A stretch of 32,000 nucleotides of DNA from Nitrososphaera viennensis EN76 (GTDB lineage Archaea > Thermoproteota > Nitrososphaeria > Nitrososphaerales > Nitrososphaeraceae), in assembly GCF_000698785.1 (NCBI RefSeq), contig NZ_CP007536.1, forward strand, positions 810,001 to 842,000, read 5' to 3'. How positions within the stretch are numbered: the first letter of the stretch is position 1; each line of letters opens with the position of its first letter. Position numbers and translations under genes: made by a program. The notes below the pieces were generated by a model that saw nothing but the letters and a program-made list of their open reading frames with translations, had not been told where the DNA came from and ran no database searches. Positions 24,918 through 32,000 of this stretch are shown piece by piece.

Positions 24918-26542
24918 GCAACGACGAGAACAAGTCTGCGTACAGGGACCTCTTTGTGCAAGAGGCGCACGAGCACGTGCAGAACATGAACCAGGCGCTC
25001 CTCAAGCTCGAGGAGGATCCAAAGAGCAAAGAGCACCTGGATTCTGCCTTCCGCTCTGCCCACACACTCAAGGGCATGGCGGCGACTATGGGCTACGACC
25101 AGATAAAGGAGCTTTGCAAGGCAATCGAGGAGCTGTTTGACAAGTTCCGCAAGGACGAGGAAAGGATGTCGTCAGAGATGGCCAGCTACCTCTTCAAGTG
25201 TATAGACACCATACAGGAGATGGTAGACGACGAGAACAAGAAGGTGAACATCGAGCAGTATCTCAGCGACCTGCGCAACCCGGCGGCCGTGGGCGGCGGC
25301 AAGGCCGCAAGCCAGGAAGGCGCCTCGCAGCAACAGCAACAGCAACAACAGCACTCTGCCCTTCCACAGACCATAAGGGTCAAGATGCAGGACCTGGATG
25401 CGCTTGTAGACCTTGTTGGCGAGCTTCTGATAGCCAAGATGCGCCTTGAGCAGATGGTCGGCAACACTACGACAGACAACAGGGTGCGACATACTTTTAT
25501 GAGCCTAGGGAGGCTCGTCTCCGACCTGCAGTACCAGACCATGAAGCTCAGGCTGGTGCCCGTGGAGCAGATCTTCAACAGGTTCCCCCGCATGATAAGG
25601 GACCTTTCTTCAAGCCAGGGCAAGAGCCTCAAGCTGGAGATCGAAGGCCTCGGGATCGAGCTTGACCGGACGGTCCTTGACGCCATCACGGACCCGCTTC
25701 TCCACATGCTGAGAAATGCCGCGGACCACGCAATAGAGATGCCGGAGGAAAGAGAGGCGGCCGGCAAGCCGCAGACTGGCACCATAAAGCTGATCGCTTC
25801 AAAGGTGGGCGACAGGGTCATGATAACGGTCGAAGACGATGGCAGGGGCATAGACCTTGAGAAGGTCAAGGCAAAGGCGATAGAGAAAAAGATCATTACA
25901 AAAGAGGAGGCCGACTCGATGTCCGAGCAGGACATCCTCGACCTTCTGGGCACCCCGGGCCTCTCCACCGCAAAGCAGGTCACCGACATATCCGGCCGCG
26001 GAGTCGGCATGGACGTGGTCTTCAGCCAGATAGAGGCAGTGGGCGGCCAGGTCAAGATCGAAACCAGAAAGGGCAAGGGAACGCGCTTTACCATGATAAT
26101 ACCCCTCAGCCTCGCCATAATAGGCGGGCTACTAGTCACGATAAGCGACGAGAAGTACGTGCTGCCCCTGTCAAGCGTTATTTCCACGATGCGCGTGGAC
26201 AAAAAAGACGTCAAGATTGTGCATGGCAAGGAGGTGATACTCTTCAGGGAGCAGGTTGTCCCGCTGCTGAGGACAGGCAAGTCCTTGGGGATAATATCCC
26301 AGCAGCAACAGAAAGAGCAACAACACCAGCAGCAGGCTGACGAGTACAATCACTACCTGACGGTGGTAATAGTGAACAAGAACGGCAAGCCGTACGGCCT
26401 TATCGTCGACGCGTTTGAGAGCAAGCAGGAGATAGTCGTGAAGCGCCTGGATAGTTCCAGCGCGCCGTCTTCGGTGTCGTCCGAGGCAACAATACTTGGC
26501 GACGGCAAGGTGGCGCTGATACTGGACCCTGCGCGGCTGTAG
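24914..26542 (+). CDS. cheA: chemotaxis histidine kinase CheA
   Basis: Hpt AFRSAHTLKGMAATMGY, dimerisation helix, HATPase (NAADHAIE, DDGRGID, GRGVGMDVV) and C-terminal CheW-like domain. ATGA overlap with cheB. Confidence 0.95.
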   Translation: MSNDENKSAYRDLFVQEAHEHVQNMNQALLKLEEDPKSKEHLDSAFRSAHTLKGMAATMGYDQIKELCKAIEELFDKFRKDEERMSSEMASYLFKCIDTIQEMVDDENKKVNIEQYLSDLRNPAAVGGGKAASQEGASQQQQQQQQHSALPQTIRVKMQDLDALVDLVGELLIAKMRLEQMVGNTTTDNRVRHTFMSLGRLVSDLQYQTMKLRLVPVEQIFNRFPRMIRDLSSSQGKSLKLEIEGLGIELDRTVLDAITDPLLHMLRNAADHAIEMPEEREAAGKPQTGTIKLIASKVGDRVMITVEDDGRGIDLEKVKAKAIEKKIITKEEADSMSEQDILDLLGTPGLSTAKQVTDISGRGVGMDVVFSQIEAVGGQVKIETRKGKGTRFTMIIPLSLAIIGGLLVTISDEKYVLPLSSVISTMRVDKKDVKIVHGKEVILFREQVVPLLRTGKSLGIISQQQQKEQQHQQQADEYNHYLTVVIVNKNGKPYGLIVDAFESKQEIVVKRLDSSSAPSSVSSEATILGDGKVALILDPARL

Positions 26543-26559
26543 TATAAAGAGAGAGGATC

Positions 26560-27174
26560 ATGGTCATGATGACATCACTAAGTGAAACGGAACTGAAAAC
26601 GCTGAAGGGACTGCTGAACTCGTACATGCGTACAAAGACGATGCCCGCGTTTTCGATGATCCTCGGCGAGGACGTCGAATACTCTGTCCGCAGCATGAAC
26701 ATGCTGCACCTCCAGGACATTGACGGCATCCTCCTGCCGTTCATGAACCAGGAGATGTGCGCCATCTACCTGAGGGCAGAGGGGGATGTACGCATAGGCA
26801 TGCTCCTCTTCATGCAGGAGGCCCAGGCGCTGACCCTCGCCGCGCGCCTTTTGGGCAAGGACGCCATGGACAGGCTGGACACGCTTGGCAAGTCGTCGCT
26901 TGCGGAGGTGGGCAACATACTCTTGGCAGGATCGTTCCTGAACGCCATCTCGAATTCCACAGGATTCAGGATAGACTGCTCGGTGCCGGGTTTTGCTATC
27001 GAGTCCCTCGGGGCGATCCTCGGCGACCCGATATCAGAGATCGCGGCAAGGACAAACAGCCTCATCCTGGCAGGAGTCGAGCTCCACGGCCTGAAAAGCA
27101 ACGTTCGAGTCTACATATTCCTGTTCTTTGGTCCAGAGGACATAAAGAAACTGCTTGCCCATGCAAAGGAATGA
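26560..27174 (+). CDS. cheC: CheC-family CheY-P phosphatase
   Basis: Second-half motif SSLAEVGNILLAGSFLNAISNSTGFRIDCSVP fits [DS]xxxExxN...P. The N-terminal repeat is degenerate. Confidence 0.85.
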   Translation: MVMMTSLSETELKTLKGLLNSYMRTKTMPAFSMILGEDVEYSVRSMNMLHLQDIDGILLPFMNQEMCAIYLRAEGDVRIGMLLFMQEAQALTLAARLLGKDAMDRLDTLGKSSLAEVGNILLAGSFLNAISNSTGFRIDCSVPGFAIESLGAILGDPISEIAARTNSLILAGVELHGLKSNVRVYIFLFFGPEDIKKLLAHAKE

Positions 27175-27188
27175 TGATGTGACTTCTC

Positions 27189-27710
27189 ATGGATGCTGCA
27201 GAAACCAGTGTAGGGATGGGCGAGCTGCACGTGGCCGACAACAAGAAAGACACCGTGCTCACCACCTTTGTAGGGTCATGCATAGCCCTGTGCCTCTATG
27301 ACCCACAGTCAAAAGTCGGCGGGATGGCCCACATCATGCTCCCGGAAAACAGCAGGAATAATGATGATGATGGTTCTTCTTCCGGAGAGGAAGGCGCCGC
27401 CAAGTATGCAGACGAAGCACTTGAAAACACCCTGAGAATGATGGTCAAAAAGGGGGCCCTGCAGGGCAGGCTCGTGGCCAAGATTGCCGGCGGGGCCAAG
27501 ATATTTTCGCACGAAGGGAGCGGCGGCGACAACGACATGTTCAGCATAGGCTCAAGGAATGCAGAGTCCATCAAGAAGCTCCTGACCCAAAAAGGGATAA
27601 GGATAGCAGGCGAGGACGTCGGGCTGAACCACGGCCGGTGGGTCAGGTTCAACCTGAATTCAGGTCAGGTGGTCGTGAGCATGAGGAACAGCGGTGAAAA
27701 GATCCTATGA
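27189..27710 (+). CDS. cheD: chemoreceptor glutamine deamidase CheD
   Basis: VGMGELHVA...LTTFVGSCIALCLYDP...GGMAHIMLP shows the conserved Cys/His motifs. Confidence 0.9.
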   Translation: MDAAETSVGMGELHVADNKKDTVLTTFVGSCIALCLYDPQSKVGGMAHIMLPENSRNNDDDGSSSGEEGAAKYADEALENTLRMMVKKGALQGRLVAKIAGGAKIFSHEGSGGDNDMFSIGSRNAESIKKLLTQKGIRIAGEDVGLNHGRWVRFNLNSGQVVVSMRNSGEKIL

Positions 27711-28534
27711 TTCGCGGCATGGCTGCAGCAAGCGGAGATCCAGGCACAAGCATGGTCGTGGAAAGGGTGCTCGCAAGGGGCGTGGATCTCAGGCAGTATA
27801 AGGAGAACTTTTTGAAAAGGAGGCTTGACATAAGGCTCAAGGCAAGGGGCATAAGCGACTACTCGCAGTACGCCCGCCTGCTGGACAGCGACCCATCAGA
27901 ATTCCATTTGCTTTTGGCGACATTTTCCATCAACGTGACTGAATTCTTTAGAGACGTCGACTTTTACAATGCGTTTTATTCGCACATAATACCGGACATG
28001 CACCTTGAAGCGGGACAGGGTGGGATAAGGGTGTGGAGCGCCGGCTGCGCGTCTGGAGAGGAAGCCTACACCCTGGCCATCATGTTTGCAGAGGCCGCAG
28101 AGAGCCTTGCCGGCTTTAAGGGCAGGATAATAGCCACCGACTTTAGCAGCAAGGCCATCGAAGCGGCCAGGCTTGGGAGATACGACGCGGCCAGGCTGGC
28201 AAACGTGCCTGAGGACATCCTGGCAAAGCATTTCACGCGCCTGCCAAACGGCAGGCACCAGGTATCCGAAAGACTCAGGAGCATGATCGATTTTGACATT
28301 GGCAACCTGGCCACCATGAGTGCCCCGCAGCAGGTCGACGCCATATTTTGCAGAAACGTCCTGATGTACTTTGACAAGGACATGCAGCTCAAGATCCTGA
28401 CCAAGTTCCACAAGAGCCTAAAAGACGGCGGCTATTTCATCCTGGGCCAGTCAGAGGCAGTCATGGGTGAGTCGTCTGCACTGTTTGAGACGGTTATGCC
28501 AAAGGAAAGGATCTACCGCAAGAGGCGGCTCTAA
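27707..28534 (+). CDS. cheR: chemotaxis methyltransferase CheR
   Basis: NVTEFFRD, IRVWSAGCASGEEAYTLAI, IFCRNVLMYFD, GGYFILGQSE. ATGA overlap with cheD. Confidence 0.95.
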   Translation: MIRGMAAASGDPGTSMVVERVLARGVDLRQYKENFLKRRLDIRLKARGISDYSQYARLLDSDPSEFHLLLATFSINVTEFFRDVDFYNAFYSHIIPDMHLEAGQGGIRVWSAGCASGEEAYTLAIMFAEAAESLAGFKGRIIATDFSSKAIEAARLGRYDAARLANVPEDILAKHFTRLPNGRHQVSERLRSMIDFDIGNLATMSAPQQVDAIFCRNVLMYFDKDMQLKILTKFHKSLKDGGYFILGQSEAVMGESSALFETVMPKERIYRKRRL

Positions 28535-28539
28535 CTATT

Positions 28540-30231
28540 TTATATCTTGCCAAGTTCCTTGAATGCTGCTTCCAGCCCTATCTCTCTGGTTTTTACCAGA
28601 TGGTCGTACACCTCATAATAGTTGAATATCTTTTTCTGTATGAGCCTCTCAAGAAAAGCCGCGCGCAGTTCCAGCTCGTCGTACAGGAGGCCCTCGTCCT
28701 TGCGCGCCATCCCCCTCTTGAGCAGCAGCTTTGAGACAAACAGGTTGCTGCTTCCGCGCCCCCTGAATGTAACCGAGTCGGTGGACGGGTCCCACGTAAA
28801 GATCGGGATGAACATCACCGAGTCGCTTCCGCTGTTGTATCCCACTATCTCGTTTATGGACAGCACCCTCCTTATCGGCTTGCCTTCCTTTCCCTGTACC
28901 GCGGCCTGGAAAAGCGCGATGTTCAGGTTCTCGACGTTGGGCTTGGGCACCCTTATGGGGTCGCCCGTGAGCCTCTGGATAAGGCTTGACATCTGGGCCG
29001 CATGGAACGTGCTGACGACAGGGTGGCCCGTCTGCATGGCCTGAAAGGCGATGTTGCCCTCTACTCCCCTTATCTCGCCTACAAGTATGTAGTTTGGCCT
29101 CTGCCTCAGGGCGGCCTTTAGCAGGTCAAACATGGTCACGCTTGAGGAGGCGCTACCCGTGTCCCGGGTGACCTCGCTTATCCAGTTGTTGTGTGGAAGT
29201 GTAATCTCGGGCGTGTCCTCGATCGTGACCACCTTCCAGGTAGGCGGGATGAACAGTGTTATGCCCATCATGGTAGTCGTCTTGCCGGAGGCCGTCTCGC
29301 CGTTGATGAAGCAGCTCATCCCCTCGCTTACCATCATCCACATGTAAGCAGCCTCCCTCTTGTCGAGGGTCTTGGACGAGATGATCTGCGTGATTGAAAG
29401 TGGCACGCTGGCAAACCTTCTGATGGTGGCGTTCGTGCCCTTTCTGCTAACATCCTTGCCAAAGACGATGTTGATTCTGGACCCTTCAGGCAGCGTGGCG
29501 TCGATGACAGGCCTTGCATGGGACACGGTCTTGCCAAACTGCTCCGACATGCCTATGACCAGGCTGTCGATGTCGTCGTTTGTGAGCCACACTGGCGACT
29601 TGAGCGGGCCAAACACCTTGTGCACCACGAACACGTTGCCCTGTCCTATGATCGAAATGTCCTCAAGGTACGGGTCGGTCAGGAAAGGCTCAAGCAGTCC
29701 GAGCCCGGCGCGCTTGCGTATAAAATGGTAGGTCAGGCTGGCAAAGTCTTTCTCGTACACCGGCACGGACTTGGCTTTTGGATCCAGCTTGTTGTAATCG
29801 ACTTCGACTTTTGAAAGCGTGCATAACTTTTTCAGGAATTCTTCAAGGTAAACCATCTTTTGCTGGAACTCGCTTGCCGGCTCGGTGGCGGCAGAGTTTA
29901 TCGCAAAGTTCTTGTCAATGGCCGCGGAGAGAAGCACGTTTGGTTCCGGCGGGTCTATGATCACGTATTCCGTGTACCCGTCGCTTGTCCCGATGCTGTT
30001 GATGTGTATGCAGATCTGGTCCGTGACAGGATAGATGAGGTTCAGGATCTTGAAGTTCTTCATGCTTCCGTCCAGCTTTTCATAAAATGCCGGCATGGGT
30101 ATGCCGGTGCCTGAAAGTTTCTGGAGGTAGTCGGAAAGGTGAGGGACCTTCCGGGCTATTTCAAGCAGTTTCTTGTCAATTATAGTAGTAGCAGAAGAAG
30201 AAGCGCCAGAAGTCTTTGCTGCCAACTCCAC
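28540..30231 (-). CDS. arlI: archaellum motor ATPase ArlI (FlaI)
   Basis: Type II/IV secretion-family ATPase. Walker A GETASGKTTTMMG, Walker B-region PNYILVGEIRG, size 563 aa. GTG start. Confidence 0.95.
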   Translation of the reverse strand: MELAAKTSGASSSATTIIDKKLLEIARKVPHLSDYLQKLSGTGIPMPAFYEKLDGSMKNFKILNLIYPVTDQICIHINSIGTSDGYTEYVIIDPPEPNVLLSAAIDKNFAINSAATEPASEFQQKMVYLEEFLKKLCTLSKVEVDYNKLDPKAKSVPVYEKDFASLTYHFIRKRAGLGLLEPFLTDPYLEDISIIGQGNVFVVHKVFGPLKSPVWLTNDDIDSLVIGMSEQFGKTVSHARPVIDATLPEGSRINIVFGKDVSRKGTNATIRRFASVPLSITQIISSKTLDKREAAYMWMMVSEGMSCFINGETASGKTTTMMGITLFIPPTWKVVTIEDTPEITLPHNNWISEVTRDTGSASSSVTMFDLLKAALRQRPNYILVGEIRGVEGNIAFQAMQTGHPVVSTFHAAQMSSLIQRLTGDPIRVPKPNVENLNIALFQAAVQGKEGKPIRRVLSINEIVGYNSGSDSVMFIPIFTWDPSTDSVTFRGRGSSNLFVSKLLLKRGMARKDEGLLYDELELRAAFLERLIQKKIFNYYEVYDHLVKTREIGLEAAFKELGKI

Positions 30232-30332
30232 GACTGCGATGCACCTGTGAGAAAAGACCGATCAGGCGGGTTAAAACAAATAGTATGTAAAAAATCAGCC
30301 ACTAAGAAGAAGCGGCCCTTGGGCAGGCACGG

Positions 30333-31244
30333 TCAAGCGCCACCCGTCTTGTTGAACATGAACTTGAAGGCCGCTATCAGTGACTGGTTGTTGGTGTAAA
30401 AGCCGCAAGACTCTTGCTTCTTGCTTGGCGCCGGGCGGCTGTTCAGCAGGATTATCATTTCCTGGTCGTCGACTATGACAAAGTCTACAGGCGTGCTTGC
30501 GCCGTCGACAACCTTCAGGCCCACTGCCCTCATGTCGGCTTCTGCCCCCTCCTCGTTTATGAATTTCGACATCTTGGAGCACGACGTGTGGAGCCTCACT
30601 TTTACGCCCTTTTCCGCCAGGCCGAACAGGGCGTCGGTCATTTCAGAATAATAAAGGTCCACCATGTACCTGTCAGAAAGGAGCACGGAAGCCTCGGCTT
30701 TTGCCGCAGACAGCATCCGGGCTATCTTGGCGTGCACTGGATCTTCGCCGACTATGACCTGGTAGCTTTCCTTGCCGTCCTGCTCGGGCATCACCATGCC
30801 CTCGACTATGCTGTTTATCATGCTCTGGTGCTCGTCTTTGTTTTCCGACACGGCGCGCAGGGCATTCTGCTTCGCCCTGACCAGGCAGTCAACGGCCTCG
30901 GTGTACGGCAGCGCATAGTATTTCTGCGGCCTGTCAAACGTGGAAAGGACGACTCCCTTTGAAAGAAGGTTTGAAAGGTAGTGGTATGTTTCCGTGCGGC
31001 CTATTCCAGTGTACTTGGACACGTCGGTCGCAGTGGAGTGCTTGCGGATCATAAGAAAGAGCAGGATCCTCGCTTCATTCAGGCTGAGATCCAGCTTTTG
31101 CAAGTCAGGCAAGAGCTTCTTCTGGACGGCAAGGAAATACTTGGCAAACGCGTAGTCAATCTTGTTGCGCCCATAGATTGAGCCGTCCTCGATTTCAGAG
31201 AAATCGAGATCGACATCGTAGACCTTTTTGATTGATGAAGCCAT
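30333..31244 (-). CDS. TrmB-like transcriptional regulator
   Basis: wHTH LNEARILLFLMIRKHSTATDVSKYTGIGRTETYHYLSNLLSKGVV plus one TrmB-C-like domain (YQVIVGEDPV...KGVKVRLHT). Start trimmed from 31397 to ATG 31244, with an AT-rich TATA region immediately upstream. Confidence 0.8.
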   Translation of the reverse strand: MASSIKKVYDVDLDFSEIEDGSIYGRNKIDYAFAKYFLAVQKKLLPDLQKLDLSLNEARILLFLMIRKHSTATDVSKYTGIGRTETYHYLSNLLSKGVVLSTFDRPQKYYALPYTEAVDCLVRAKQNALRAVSENKDEHQSMINSIVEGMVMPEQDGKESYQVIVGEDPVHAKIARMLSAAKAEASVLLSDRYMVDLYYSEMTDALFGLAEKGVKVRLHTSCSKMSKFINEEGAEADMRAVGLKVVDGASTPVDFVIVDDQEMIILLNSRPAPSKKQESCGFYTNNQSLIAAFKFMFNKTGGA

Positions 31245-31474
31245 TATAGAAAGCCAATCTAGAAAAAAATTATTTAATACTTTGTAAGTAGAATAGCTAC
31301 ATACACCTAAATTCGGCACATAGCGTATTTTATTCGTCATTCGGCTAATTTTTATGGCCACATCCTGCCAGTTTGCAGGTTTTTCTCTGAAAAACACGTA
31401 TGCACAAGACTTTACATGCTGGTAAACTATGTTTCATATAACCAGAGTTAAGAAGCAGCCAATATCCTGTAGCG

Positions 31475-32000
31475 TTGGTTCAAAGGCGCGGCATCACGGG
31501 TGTAGAGTCGGCCATAGTTTTGATAGCATTCGTAATAGTCGCCGCGGCAATAGCGTACGTCGTCCTGAATTCAGGTTTCCAGACCACTGAAAAAGCCAAG
31601 AGCACAATCACGACGGGACTTTCAGAAGCCAGCTCCGGCATAGAGGTTGCCGGCGCAGCGACTGGAAAGGGCAACGTGACAAGCGCGGCGGTGGCGGCCT
31701 ACACCATACCTGTCAAGCTGGCGGCAGGCGGCTCGTCGATTGACATTGCGCAGGACAAGATGATCATCAGGTATTCCAGCAAGAGCGTGACGTACGACAA
31801 CATCTATGCGGGGATCATGAGCAACACAACGTTTGCATCCATAGACGACGCCATCCAGCAGGCCAAGGACGAAAACATGGTTTTAAGAAAGCCCGGAGAA
31901 GGGGCAGGACCAGACAAGACTGCAGCCATAGTCTACTTCACCACAAACACCAACAACAACAGAGTCCTTGACCCTGCCGAGCAGATCATGATCCTGGTGG
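31475..32000 (+). CDS. arlB: archaellin, 3'-truncated by the window end (not in ORF track)
   Basis: Manual translation from TTG 31475: (M)VQRRG/ITGVESAIVLIAFVIVAAAIAYVVLNSGFQTTEKAKSTITTGLSEASSGIEV... The frame stays open to 32000, and TTG is the only start codon after the upstream stop at 31439-31441. Confidence 0.85.
   Translation, partial: MVQRRGITGVESAIVLIAFVIVAAAIAYVVLNSGFQTTEKAKSTITTGLSEASSGIEVAGAATGKGNVTSAAVAAYTIPVKLAAGGSSIDIAQDKMIIRYSSKSVTYDNIYAGIMSNTTFASIDDAIQQAKDENMVLRKPGEGAGPDKTAAIVYFTTNTNNNRVLDPAEQIMILV

Noticed and set aside
25186-26349. 387-aa minus-strand ORF antisense to cheA. Similar long antisense or off-frame ORFs occur at 16673..17423, 18014..18472, 19966..20520, 21468..22091, 24110..25063 and 28622..29044.
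   Set aside because: Each lies entirely inside a gene with unmistakable domain motifs on the other strand or frame. Their translations are low-complexity (Ser/Pro/Arg/Cys-rich), as expected for shadow ORFs in GC-rich coding DNA.
31480-31674. 64-aa minus-strand ORF in the track.
   Set aside because: It is antisense to the plus-strand archaellin N-terminus (GITGVESAIVLIAFV...), which is the real gene. The track omits that gene only because it has no stop inside the window.
1-32000. I searched by eye for CRISPR arrays, rRNA genes, IS terminal inverted repeats with transposase, and long direct repeats flanking the island.
   Set aside because: I found none. The only regular repeats are the (GA)10 microsatellite, the CAG/CAA runs in cheA, a short CCAA/TCAA run at about 13700-13722, and the duplicated leader reported above.

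Overview
Archaeal DNA: archaellins with class III signal peptides, an ArlI ATPase, tRNA genes with bulge-helix-bulge introns, and TATA boxes about 27 nt before several start codons. The gene content fits a Nitrososphaera-like thaumarchaeon, but that assignment is inference from memory and cannot be tested here. The window has two halves. (1) About 1-13.1 kb is a lower-GC accessory island (hand counts 45-47% in sampled 60-nt lines, against 58-63% further right) built around a divergent tRNA-Leu(UAA)/tRNA-Thr(GGU) pair. It carries a tyrosine integrase abutting the tRNA-Leu 3' end, a divergent pair of ribbon-helix-helix regulators with TGTGTAT repeats between them, a C2H2 zinc-finger protein, and a GHKL (Hsp90/MORC-like) ATPase cassette. 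The genes at 490 and 1427 are each preceded by one copy of a duplicated conserved leader. The island also holds a TRAM protein, an A24 prepilin/prearchaellin peptidase, a DUF1059 protein and three tandem paralogous ~90-aa orphan genes. (2) About 13.1-32 kb is a core-like motility/taxis region. In order it carries a PAC2-like protein, an OB-fold protein, a Zn-ribbon protein, tRNA-Leu(CAA) with a 64-nt intron, and DUF192. Next come an archaellin divergent from a long TrmB-like regulator, a transmembrane MCP, and an atypical soluble mini-MCP. These are followed by cheW-cheY-cheB-cheA-cheC-cheD-cheR, a convergent lone arlI, a second TrmB-like regulator, and a second archaellin that runs off the window. 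The most interesting leads are the unassigned GHKL cassette with its duplicated leader, the mini-MCP with a C-terminal sensor, the mirror-image archaellin/TrmB-like bookends around the che cluster, the RHH switch region, and the tandem orphan paralogs. I saw no CRISPR array, rRNA or recognisable IS element. Several start codons were re-assigned relative to the ORF track; the reasons are given per feature.
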